From Paecilomyces variotii (lineage: Eukaryota): 64,000 nt of DNA. A model generated the notes under the pieces. The model searched no databases. It had not been told where the DNA came from and saw only the letters and a program-made list of their open reading frames with translations. Location of the stretch: assembly GCA_004022145.1 (NCBI GenBank), contig RCNU01000010.1. One strand, 5' to 3'. Each line of letters opens with the position of its first letter. The first letter of the stretch is position 1. The translations under genes and the position numbers were made by a program. Of this stretch, positions 13,178 through 24,664 are shown piece by piece.

Positions 13178-14833
13178 TTAACATAGTACAGCCTCTAGTG
13201 CTTCCACATCTCCACCAGCTCTCTTCACTGCCATCAGGGCAGCTTCACTCAGCTTGCGCCGCTTGTCGCGGGCCTCCTGCTCTCTCCGAGCCTTCGTCTT
13301 AGAGCTGCCACTGGGGGCCACTCCAGTCAGGATTTTCCTGCTGTCATTTGGTGTAAAGTTGACGAATGAGACGCTAACTGTCTTGTTTGCACCGTTAGGG
13401 CTTCCAGCCTTGACTGGCTTCGGCGCGCTCGCCGATTGGGATGAAAGTTTGCGGCTGTGGTTGCGACGGTGGCCAGCCTTCATGTTGGTTCCGGTACGTG
13501 CAGCTGCCCCTGACTTCGGAGACGTAGTCGGGGAGACAGAGGGCGATCGTGGAGACGACTGAGTAGCGTGGACGCCACGAGGAGTCGTGAAAGGAGAGTT
13601 CTTGGCGAACGGTTGCTGGGGCCCCGGCACGTGAGCATAGGATCGGTCTTGGCCCGCAGACTGTAAGGTAGAGGAAGAGAAGGATGATTCTGGAGCCGAC
13701 ATATCGAACGACGGATCGAAATTAATCATTAGACCGCCCTGCAACAGATCACTGTGATTCGTGTTCTGAGTCGGTCGATGCGGGAGCGGTGATACCAGGT
13801 ACGGGTTCTGAGCCTGTCCTTGAGTGGCTGGCGCGACTCGCGAGGCCATCGGCGACCACCAGGCCTGCGGATCATGACTCTGAAGATCAGGGGTGAAGGG
13901 CATGGAGGGAGTGTTAAGGGCATCTGCGTGCCATGAAGGCATCGGCTGGGGCTCCGAAGAATGCGGGGAGTGGAAGATCTCATCGGCGGAGGGGGTACTA
14001 GAGGCAGACATGGCAATAGAGCCGTGATGGCTTAGATATCTCTGGCGCTGAGGGATAGACATCGCCGATGCCTGATGAAACATGTTTGAATCGTAGTTGG
14101 TTGGCATTTCTGCCGAATCTCTCATCAAGCCACCGGAGGGAGCGCTGCTCGACATGTGCATCTGCGCGTGGTTGTCAGGCTGCATAGTCTCGTGCTGGAC
14201 AAGAATGTCGGATGGTGGTGGCGAGAGAGGAAGACGCTCATCTGAGTTGCGGAAGTGGTAGTTCTGCAGCCTCTGAGCCCAGGCCTCTGGGTACGCCATC
14301 TTCGTCTTCTGCATATGCGAAGAGCGCATCAAGCTTGGAGAGAAACTGTGCTTGCGCAGTAAGGCACGACGATCATTCGTCTCGCGGCGGCGGATGGTCT
14401 TTGGAGTTATTATAGCGCTCTTAGAAGGTTTTCGGCTCGGCGTAGCCGGAGGGGTAGATGGAGATGTGGAGATTAGCCCGGGAGCTTCTGCAGGGCGGGA
14501 CGAGGATTCGAGGTTCAGGCTAAGATCTGAGATCGCGGATGGATGTATGGTATCATGGAAGCTGAAGGTTCGTTGGTCGACAGAGGAAAGTCCGTCGTCC
14601 TGCATACACCAGAGCCCTTTGCTCCAGGGCTGGGGTGAGAGAGGGGGTTGCCTTGAAGAAGAGCCAATAGGTGATAGATCGCCACAGTCACTTGAAAAGG
14701 AGGCCGAGGGGAAGAGTTGCTCGATATCACTTGAGGTGAATGGTACTTCTTTGTTGCCGTCACCAGTCGAGTCCATGTTGACGTATTCATTGAATATATC
14801 ATTGAAAGATTGGTCGAAGGATGGGGCGAACAT
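13178..14833 (-). CDS. wetA: WetA conidial maturation regulator
   Basis: Intronless 551-aa Ser/Pro-rich ORF ending in the ESC1/WetA domain FVNFTPNDSRKILTGVAPSGSSKTKARREQEA...LSEAA. Confidence 0.95.
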   Translation of the reverse strand: MFAPSFDQSFNDIFNEYVNMDSTGDGNKEVPFTSSDIEQLFPSASFSSDCGDLSPIGSSSRQPPLSPQPWSKGLWCMQDDGLSSVDQRTFSFHDTIHPSAISDLSLNLESSSRPAEAPGLISTSPSTPPATPSRKPSKSAIITPKTIRRRETNDRRALLRKHSFSPSLMRSSHMQKTKMAYPEAWAQRLQNYHFRNSDERLPLSPPPSDILVQHETMQPDNHAQMHMSSSAPSGGLMRDSAEMPTNYDSNMFHQASAMSIPQRQRYLSHHGSIAMSASSTPSADEIFHSPHSSEPQPMPSWHADALNTPSMPFTPDLQSHDPQAWWSPMASRVAPATQGQAQNPYLVSPLPHRPTQNTNHSDLLQGGLMINFDPSFDMSAPESSFSSSTLQSAGQDRSYAHVPGPQQPFAKNSPFTTPRGVHATQSSPRSPSVSPTTSPKSGAAARTGTNMKAGHRRNHSRKLSSQSASAPKPVKAGSPNGANKTVSVSFVNFTPNDSRKILTGVAPSGSSKTKARREQEARDKRRKLSEAALMAVKRAGGDVEALEAVLC

Positions 14834-14850
14834 CTTGATGGCTTTGTTTT

Positions 14851-14861
14851 CCGTTTGCGGC
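14851..14861. promoter_or_regulatory. WetA response element (WRE) CCGTTTGCGGC just upstream of the wetA ATG
   Basis: Exact match to the described WRE consensus CCGYTTGCGGC, 18 nt from the start codon. Confidence 0.8.
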
Positions 14862-15160
14862 GATGGGAGGAAGGGTGCCGTTGACGAGTTGGCCAGAGTT
14901 GACGGTGATTGGTGATAAGGAGTCAGACAGGATCCTCACAAGAAGCCGGACAGTACTCGATCCACAATTGGAGTGCAGGTACTCCCGACAATCCGTCAAC
15001 AGCAGGCAAACAAGCCGAATCGATTGTTGTCAATGTTTGACAGACTGTCAATCGAAGAAAACAATTGCAATGATGCAAAGAAGGCAAAGCAAACAAACAG
15101 AGAGATCGTGCTATTTGAATAGCACGGAGGAAGGGCATCCAGCCCCCGGGATTCACTCAA

Positions 15161-15353
15161 CATTCCATCTGGTCTAAAGATGGGACGCTGGAATGTGCAG
15201 TTATCGGGGAGGCTAGCATTGACAGCCCGCGAAACGTCAGTCAAGCCAATCGTGGGAAGCTCCCGGCCAGCACGGCCAAGCAGGTGCTTGGGAAGCAGGA
15301 GGTTGGACATTCCTGGCATCCATTTCTTCCTACAGGAGCCACTCTTAGGAATG
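15161..15353. promoter_or_regulatory. Cluster of AbaA response elements (CATTCY) in the wetA promoter
   Basis: CATTCC at 15161 and 15308; GGAATG at 15190 and 15348; further GGAATG at 15772, 15827 and 16237. AbaA activation of wetA via CATTCY is established. Confidence 0.75.
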
Positions 15354-18075
15354 CAGGTACTAGTTTAGCCGAGTCAGTCAGACCTGTCGAAAACTTGGCG
15401 CCACTATGGTACAGCACGGCAGAGAGTAAAAATCATAATGCTCACCGATTCCTTACTAACAGTTAAGATTTGGAATTCAAGAGATGTATTGTCTGGATAG
15501 TCGGGTATAAGGCGAGTCACGAAGTGATTTATTCTCCTGGACATCCATCGATTGGTCCCCATCCTGACTTCAGGCTCCACCAGCTGGGAGTGTAAGCGTC
15601 ACGACTTGGGTTTTGTCAATCCAGCTGATTGACAGGCAAGACAAGGTTAACTTAGTGCCCATAGTGGACTCGAATGATGAACTGCAGTTCGCGAGTCATG
15701 TCGATCAAGAGATCTCCTGCCAGGATCTTGATTTGTCCTCGTGCACGGACGGACAAGTTGGCAAGGGCTCTGGAATGCTGAGGCAGGACGGAATTCCGGC
15801 CCTGACCAGCAATGCTTAGATAATTTGGAATGCGAGAGTCACCCGTCCCGTAAGAATAGAAACACTCATTGCTTTGTTGGTAATGTCTTTTTCTTGTTTG
15901 TGATGCGACAGGAAAGATCTGCGTCGTATGTTAGTTCTATTTCTCGCACTCAATGCCTACCAAGTAATCTTTCTTGGTTGAATACACCTCTTTGGTGCTA
16001 CCATATTGGCGTCTCTAGAAACTTTCGAGCTTGAATCCGCTATTGAATGCTGCGAGACGTCGCAATCTGTCAACGACTCTAGTTTCGCAGCCGCCTCCAG
16101 AAAAAACTGCAGTGACAATAACTTGGACATACCCTTCATGTTCGGCATAATCTCGTGCCGTTGGTAGGAGCCACTAAGCAAAGGGGAGTCAGCAACTCCG
16201 AGTTCTTTGTTGTCGTGGCTGTGATTCCAAGAGACGGGAATGGTTGCTGTATTGCAATTTCGTAAGAGCACCGGAGACGCTTTCTGGCCAGTGACCAAGT
16301 TAGGTATTCACAGGTAATGGAAGCTGGTTGTCTGTTGACACGGAATAGACATTCTGTTCATGGTCTTGAAAGGGCCTCGGTCTTCGCAGCCCAAAGGTCT
16401 CATCTTTCGCAACAGAGACATTAAGCCATTGAGAAGTATAGACGAGTTGTCCGATCACGAGACCATGAGTAAGAGCCAGATCGATGGAGAAACAAACAGA
16501 CGACGGATGCAGAAAAGCACAAACCAATAGCTGACATTTCAATATTGTTTTTGACTACTGGGTTAGTCTAACAAGGTCAAGGCAGTAAATAACTCAGTAG
16601 CTTCGAAGCAGAAGCCAACTCAACAGAGTCGTTTCACCGGTGTGTTATCATCGCCAAGGCTTCTAAGAGCAAGGTTTCTCTGTTGATATATCATTATCCA
16701 CGGGGGGTATATCTGTCCCAGACCACCAAGGGACTCAGGAGGAGCCTGTTCGTTGGCACTGGCCTCGTTACTGTAGGTAAAACACAACAGATCATGACGT
16801 AGGTTTAGGTGACAAAGACCTTAGATGATGAAGTATGATAAGTTCATGGCGCAGAGGACTTGATCATGAAGAAAGAAGAAGGCGGCACTTGACAATAATC
16901 ATAATGTCCATCACGCTGTACAGTCGCGTTTGTGTTGTGGTTCTATTTCTGTGCCTTTTCTTGGCGTCGAATAGCTGAGTCAGCAAGCCCTAGAGATGCC
17001 TGAGTCAGCATGACGTTTCCGAAACCGGAATAACGTTCCTGCCGGGCCGAACGTCCCGGAAGCGCCAAGAAGACGAAAGGAGTCAGCAAAGGCAAGAATG
17101 ATGTCTGATGTTCATCCCCAGAAGTCATCTTCTGTCCCTACTCTAGAGCACACTTTGTTTACCACTGCCTCGTACAGTCTGGGGGCTATTGACTGCGAGA
17201 AATTCCTTTGTTGCAACGGATTCACCGGACGCTTGAATACGCGCCTTTCATCGGACCCCACCTTTCTAGGCTACTCGGCTCCGTGCGGGGAACTGAGACT
17301 GCCACAGTGATTTAACTCATCTTCGCTGTCATCTATTCCATATAAACCTCCTGGGAAGAGCCTTGGGGAGTTTATTTACGGAACTATTTATCTTCTCAGC
17401 TGGTATCCCGTTACCTGCAGTACGAGACGCGTGCCATCCCATCCCGGATATCCAGAGACGCGTACCGGTCGACCGGTCAGCGAGCTTCAAAAACCGCTAA
17501 CTATATGTATCATTGTATGGAGAACATCAAGAGAAACGTTCAGTTCAAAGAAGAAGTTGCAGAAAATAACCGAGTCGGTCCTAGTCGTGTTGGAGCAGGT
17601 CAACATCAACGGTGTCAGTATCATCGGTGCTCTTGTCGAGGCTATATTCGGCGTTACACCTTATGGTGAACTGAATCCCAACCCGTGTTACTATTGACTT
17701 TCCAACAATGTACATGGTGAAGATTTTGGCTGGGGTGAACCCTATTGTTCACCCTTAAAGCCAGAATCTCTATTCACATTACAGGATGGACTCTGTTGCC
17801 TGCATTGTCGGGGGCCGCCTGTGCCATTCACTCAAAAAGAAGTGAACAGAACACAAACATCACAACAACGAATCGAAGACCAGCCACCGATTTTACTCTC
17901 GAGTATCCTTACAACTCTGCGCAACGGAGCAATCTGTTTTCCACGACTTCACCTCAACCACCACCACTGCAGTTGCTTTATTATTCCTCCTACGCATCGA
18001 ACTCATATTCGAATATCTAACTGAGGGATCTTGACTTCTCGGCTTTGGGAATAATTGTATCCTGTGGGTGCAGTC

Positions 18076-19246
18076 ATGGAGTCTTTTCAGATTCAGGATG
18101 CTTCTTGGGATCGTCTGTCTTCCGTGTTTTCCAATCTCGATCTTTCCATGTCTCAGGACAGTTCATATGGATCCGATGTGCAGTCTTCCAGCACAGAACA
18201 CACTTCTGTCACTACGTCTCCGGTGATGTCCTCTGTTCCCAATGCCAAAGTCTCTGTTACGCGACCACTCAAATCGATCCTGAAGAAGCCCGAAGAGGCG
18301 CATGGAAACGACGATGGTGACTCTGATTCTGAATCTGGATACGAATCTGAACCTTCTGAGTATGACTTTGACCACTCTCTTGACTCGGACCCTTCCGATC
18401 TTCATTACTGTGAAGGTAAATTTCCAAAACTACGAAGATTCAACATGCATCTGACATCTAACAGAAGAAATTTTCGACTCCGAGGACGACTCGGATGATT
18501 CCTCCGAGATTGGTGATCACTCTGAAGAGAGTGATTTCGTATTTGACGACTCCCTCGTTGTTTTCGAGCCTTGTGTTCGCTTCGACTCCAGGGTTAGCTA
18601 CATCGAAGCGCCTTCTTTTGACGACGATGATGTCGATTCTCAACCTGAAATGACCGTCCATGAAATGATGGAACTAGCCCGGGCTTCTGGCGGTCTGAAA
18701 ATCCTTCAAAATGATACCGAAGAAGACTACAGCGAAGATGAATGCTGTACCGACAGGGACATCATGGCCGGCCCCGAAGAGCACACGCGCGATGATGTCG
18801 AAATTGACAGAGAACTTTTTCTCGCTTATATGAACGGTATCAATGGAGTTCCTGACCACGTCTACAAGCCGCGCCTTCAGAGTCGCGCCAAGGCTATCAG
18901 AGAGGGTCTTGCGCACAGTCCGTTCTTCGAATCGGAGACCGTTTACGGCACTTACTTAGATCATGTTCTGAACCACGTCATTGGCGTTTTCCGCAATATT
19001 GTCGTTCAGGACGAATTATATGAGCTCATCCGTTTGAGTGAGTCGAAGGTTGCTATGGAGCATCAAGAAGCATCTCAACGGGAGGTTGAGAACTATACCA
19101 GGCATATCCTGGAGAAAATCGAGCTGTTGTTATCCGACCGTCTTGCTCAGGGCCAGCTCGAATTGGACCAAGACGAACTCAGTTTCTTCGCGGGAGGAGT
19201 TCTTTACGCCCTGGAGAATTGGACCATTTACACCAATGGCCTGTGA
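18076..19246 (+). CDS. Acidic protein of unknown function, divergent from wetA
   Basis: Exon 1 18076-18415 (MESFQIQDASWDRLS...), intron 18416-18464 (GTAAAT...CTAACAG); exon 2 joins in frame with the 18650-19246 ORF. Confidence 0.75.
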
Positions 19247-22199
19247 CGGGGAAGCGCCACGCGCGATATAGAAGAGTCAACTCTCCTAAAAAAAAAAATT
19301 GGCAGAAAGAAGATCTGAGATTGAAAGGCCTACGGGCCCAAAACGGTAACGTCGTTTGCATGGGTCGGAGCTAGGATTACATCCCCATCACGCTGGCGTA
19401 CATGGGGATGGGAGCTGGGAGCTGAGGAGGGCGTTTTTTTCCATTTTCGGTTGATAACGAGAGGGGCCACCAGGTTCCCCCTCGTAATCTCGGCACGACG
19501 ACGCTGCTCATCGCACATGTGTAGCTACATTAGTAATCGTCAACTGCTTTGAAAAAAGTCATTCGTATATTGCTATCCATTCTTTAATCGAAGTGGGGTT
19601 TCAAATGAGTTCTTCGTAGCGGGCTGGGAGACCCTGGCAGAAGTGGACGCGCTGGTCCCTTGAAAACTTATCCATATGCGCTTGACAAAAGAGATTCCTG
19701 TGCCTTTTGCTTATTGGATGTAGTGATAAGACTATGAGATCATATGCTTATTGGATCAGACCTCTCATGCCCGCTACAGTTGTAAATATTAGTGCACAAT
19801 ACTCTCCATGTGTGAGCGATCAGATGAGGAAGCTCTCTGTTATAGAGCATTCGCTATTCTGAGCCGGCGTGTACATAGTTGACTCCCTAGTGATTTACGA
19901 ACATGGCATGCGACTTGCTGCAAGGCTTGCCTTTACTATTGAGAAGTGAATGGATCTATCACTACTTAGCCATTAACCGTCGACTATCTATTGAATGACT
20001 CCCTGTCGATCTGATCTAGGCTACATGCATCAAACTACATCCTCGTTCTCTGAGAACAGTAACTTGGCATGGACTTACAGGTCTAAGTGAAAAGTAATAG
20101 CAGTAGCAGTAATAAAACAGATAGGCCAATAAATAAACTATGAATAAACGAGATAGATTGAATGTTATCGGTGTTTCTGTTGTTGACTTCGCTTGATCTG
20201 TTGGATGTTCTATTGAAGCCGCCCCTCGCATTGCTCATTCCAAGGGGAAAGAAGGAAAAGAAGAGACTAGATTTTCTACACATTAGACACACTCTGCTCG
20301 TTGAATACTTGTGATCCTGAAATATTAGGCGGGAAGGGATTGGACACATAGTATAAGCATGAATGCGCAATATTGCACAATATATTGGGTAGTTAATAAT
20401 AGACCATTAGGTAGGTTTCCCGTAGTGTAAGTATTATATATTATGAATGACTTTTTGCAATGCGATTCCACGCAAGATAGTACTATGTGAGCGAGTAGAG
20501 AGGTTTTGGTCCGGAAAATTGTCTATTATAATGATTTATTATCTACTTGTCCAAGAGATAGTTAGCCGGCATGATAATTTAGTTATACAATACATACTCC
20601 GAAGATACCCTAGATTGGGTCTTCTGCCGTTTTCGAATATGTAACGTGGCACACGCCACGCGAGTATGCAAGTAAAGGAATTTGTCGTTATGGTATATCA
20701 GGGGAAATCTATCACCCTGTCACCTGCATGTTGAGTGGATTAGACGTTTGCGCTAAGCACGCCAAAGTACTTACGGAGTAAGTACACAATGTGACGAGTC
20801 TCCTTTGCCACAATAATAGGAATCCGATATCCGGAGTCCTGGGACCGCCCAGAAATAAGAAAAAGAAAAAAAAAAAAAAAAAAAGGAACAAAGAAAGAAA
20901 ATTTTACTCTATAGACTAAAGCATAGTGGAAGGAGAAAAGGGTGAAAAATTCTCCGAAATGGATTGGATACTAAATAATACGCATATTCATCGTATTCTG
21001 CCGGCCTTGCCCAACGGCTAACTAATAGTTATTGCCTTCTTTTACGAAGCGGGCGGCGAAGAAGAAACCAGTTCATTGAGGTTTAGAATTTTAAGTTTGT
21101 TTCAGGAGCCGATTATTGAGGATTGTGTCTGCCACGTTCCTTTCCCCATGTATCTATCTAGGGCTGATGAAATCCAGTTTTTGGGACGTGCGAGCCGGCG
21201 GACAGACCGTCTGTTTTAGATTATTGATTACAAGCGCTGTGATTTGCAGATGAAAATAGCGGGACAAGGAAGGTAGATACATACAAGAAAGTGATATGCC
21301 AAGATCCTGTCGCGTGGGTATAGTGGATTCGTGGAGCATCTTCATAATGCGATTAATGGTTAACTAGTTATACATGTACGAAGCTCACTGACGGCGACGG
21401 GAAGTATACTTAAGGGTAGTAACTTATGGGTAATTCGGATTTTGCACATGTTGGATCCTGACCATTCGCCACAATATGCTGTTGATTTGATGAACAGGTC
21501 ATATCTTTTCAGACAGGTGGTTTTTTGACTTCTGCAGGCGTTTTAACATGTCGAAATAGCGTGTATATCTATCTCCGTGATCTGCCGGACCCCTGACGCG
21601 GAGTGTTTGAAGCTTAGGCAGCTCTGCAATCAAAGTTCGAATTCTACGGAGTATTTATCAGACATAACAGCTAATGCTGGCCAAAAAAGAAGCGATGATC
21701 AGGAATAATGATATTAATTGATATGTCCTACTTTTGCTGATCTCTGAGCTTGGATTGGCTGGTTGATTTGCCTTGAGATTGACGTGACCCGGCGTAGTTG
21801 CAACTGGCCACGTTTTTTTGGATGATGGCCGTTTTTGGAAGAGGGTCGTCCTAAAATAACTACTAGACTAGATAGACAATTATTATTAGATTCCGTGCTC
21901 CCTAGACTCACAATGCGGGCAGGAACAGGGGTCTCTTCAAGACTTCATACTTAGTGGAGCGGCAGGATCTGGACAAGATCATCTTAAGTTCTACTCTAAG
22001 AGCAGTATTACTCGTGTACCTCGTATGTGAACAGGCAAATAATTTCTTCAAGATATCCACCTGAGCTGCTGGTTAGGTTGGCAGCCGTAGGATCCTATGT
22101 TCGTGACTCTGCCCTTGAAGCCTGCTAGGTCGTACTAAGGCTGCTGGTCCTTGCGGGGAATTGTTTACCGTACTGGTCGGATGTCTTCCCTGCCCGCGT

Positions 22200-22887
22200 T
22201 GGATTTCGTCTTTTTCAGCACACAATTGAAGATTACTAGGTGCGCTACGGCTAGGAGGGGCCGTAGCAAATAATCATTGAGCGTAGTGACCAAGCTGGCT
22301 GTTCTGACTAAGCTGGCTGCTGGCGCTGACGCGCTGGCAAAGCCTGGCAGGTAGGTTGATTGCTTAATCAGGTAATTTGCCAGGTTCTTTTAGTGTAGTA
22401 ACTGTGGATGATAAATATTATAAAGAACTACCTAATAGATGAAGCTAGCTAATAATTGCTAGATAGTATGAGAAGCCGAAATCTATATAGAATAGGTAGG
22501 CAGAAGGGGGATAGGTAGGAGGGATTTAGCTGATATAGTCGATATTTCAGACAGACCAATAAGAAGCCAGTATTTAGATAGAAGAAAATGCTCTAAAAGC
22601 GAGCTTTAATAGGCAAAAGAAAGCAGGGGGTAAGGACTGCAAAGGGTGTAAATTAATTAAAACAGACGCGAACCTGTATAGGAGGTCAGGAAGAGTTGTT
22701 TTAATTTCCTGAATTAGAAGGCGGTAATACTGAGCAGTTTAAACCATATGACAAATCAAGAATCACGTGGCGCCGACTCAGAACCAACCAATTAAATCAC
22801 GAGTCACGTGGCGCCGACTCAGAATAGACCAATCAGAGAGGTTAGAAAAAAGTGGAGAAAAAACAGAAAACTTTTGAACCCAGTATA
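22200..22887. mobile_element. Degenerate TpA-rich (RIP-like) repeat relic with a possible Tc1/mariner-type end
   Basis: TA-rich stretch with no ORF. 21-bp direct repeat TCACGTGGCGCCGACTCAGAA at 22763 and 22804. Ends ...AAACTTTTGAACCCAGTA|TA (reverse: TA|TACTGGGTTCAAAAGTTT). No second TIR found; left boundary is a guess. Confidence 0.3.
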
Positions 22888-24664
22888 TTGTAAACATTTC
22901 GCTAGCGCTCAATGATCAAAGCTCTTATTGTGCGAGACGTGACCTGGGAATCGAATATCCCGATTTCAGTACGGATATCGAAAAGGAGGTATCGTTTATC
23001 GTGATCATCACTGAGGAGCCCAGTAATGGAGGCGGGAACGGTACGGATTGTGGATACCGGGGAGAGTTAGCATTATTGCTTCGGCTTCGACTGTAGTGCA
23101 AAGCCTACTCTAGCATGGTTGGACCGTTGGACTGCGAGGGTCTGGTTCCACATTCTGCAGAAAATAATAATGACAGAAAGATATGTATCCACGGACCGTC
23201 CGTAGAAGCTTCATATCACAACCATGGATTCCTCACTGCTAGCGGCGGAAGAACGACTTAAACACCTCCTTTTACGGAGTAGAGACTTCTTCTATTCTCG
23301 GGTATCTAGGGCCGCGCACGTCAGACAGAGCTTGGGGGCGACCAGAAGGATCGTATCACCTGGACTAGTAACGGAATGGGCTGCGGGAACCAGTATATGC
23401 TCCGTCTGCGAACCTGCGGCCAGCGAGTACAGTATCACATAGAAAACCCCCCGTTGGACTCTGCGCGGAGGAGCGTATAGAAGGTTGTAATAACGTGCCA
23501 GGATGGACTTCGATTTGGCCCCTGTCCAGCGGGTCAGGCGCGATGCACCATCGGGGTTGGCGTCTGTGAAGCAGTTAGCGGGTGGATTCAGCGTGTAGAG
23601 TCAAAGAAGAATCGATGAACGTGGCCGCTGTGCCAGGGAACAGCCGAAGAAGCGGTAGAATTGCTCTCCACTGGGGGCCCCTTTTGGCCCTGCTAACCGT
23701 TAAAACTGAAGTTTCCTGGCGAGCTAACGTGCGTCTCACGATGGTTCCTGGAGTGTTCCGGGGTTCGTCGTACTCTGGATAGGGCAGACACCCAGCCTCG
23801 CAGTCGTAGTCTGCTTTGTCGCTTTTTTCTGTTATTATTTGCCAGACTTCACTGGGCTGCGCAGAAGGATCTTCTCCTAGCCTTTCCCCCCTCAATGCTC
23901 GAGAGCGACCGGCACGTCTGTCGATCTGAACGGGCTGAATCAATCAGTTCTGGACTCTGGAGTCTCGCTGCTCTGCTCCACCCGAAACGACCGCCCAGCT
24001 CGAGTTTCAGCCGACGCGAGCTAGAGTAGTTATCGGCAGTCAAACCCCAACTCTGGGTCCCACCTCTCCTTAAGAGTATGTTAATCTTTTGAAGGTGAGA
24101 GACTAAAGCCGGGAGATATCCTGTGGCATCGGATGGGCATCGACTCCTGAATTAATCTCTCCTATCTTGCTCTTGCCTGCGTTTTCTCTCCTGTCTCATC
24201 CACCACTTTTCTGTGCTTTCTAACCCCCAGCGACACTTGAACAAGAGACAGTGGGTATTATTCCTGTACCCCTTGCCCGACTGGTTTCTTGGATACAGAG
24301 ATGATGGAGTTGGATGAATGCATGGGTACGTACATGCTAAACCTGGTCTAATAATCACTCGTTTGTTGCCTCAGTCTTCTGGGTTGCCTTTCCTGGAGAC
24401 AAGACGTGCACGTATCTTGTTTCGAGTCCCCAATGGATAGGACAAGGTTACGAGGGTTTGAATTCGTTTAACTTGATACTGTCTGCCCTGCGCGACATCT
24501 ACTTGGATAAGAACAAAGTTCCAATGCTTACGATATCTGAACTTAGCATGACCTGAAATCCAAACTCTCCTTTATCGCGCAACCGTTGTTATCAACGAGC
24601 TCACACTGAATCTGTCGAGACTCGCCAATCACCACTTGATCGTTGCGATTCGCGACTCGACACA

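Noticed and set aside
20856-20900. Long poly(A)-rich tract
   Set aside because: No target-site duplication or retroelement sequence nearby; ordinary intergenic homopolymer.
22763-22824. Repeat-spacer-repeat pattern resembling CRISPR
   Set aside because: Only two copies, eukaryotic context and no cas genes.
23090-23160. tRNA-like A-box/B-box fragments (tagcatggtt...ggttccac), also ttcgagtccc at 24421
   Set aside because: I could not build a cloverleaf with a paired acceptor stem, so no tRNA gene is supported.
24301-24556. Possible spliced uORF or upstream exon (intron-like 24326-24374) before the 24665 gene
   Set aside because: Splice signals are plausible but the frame stops before 24665 and there is no transcript evidence.
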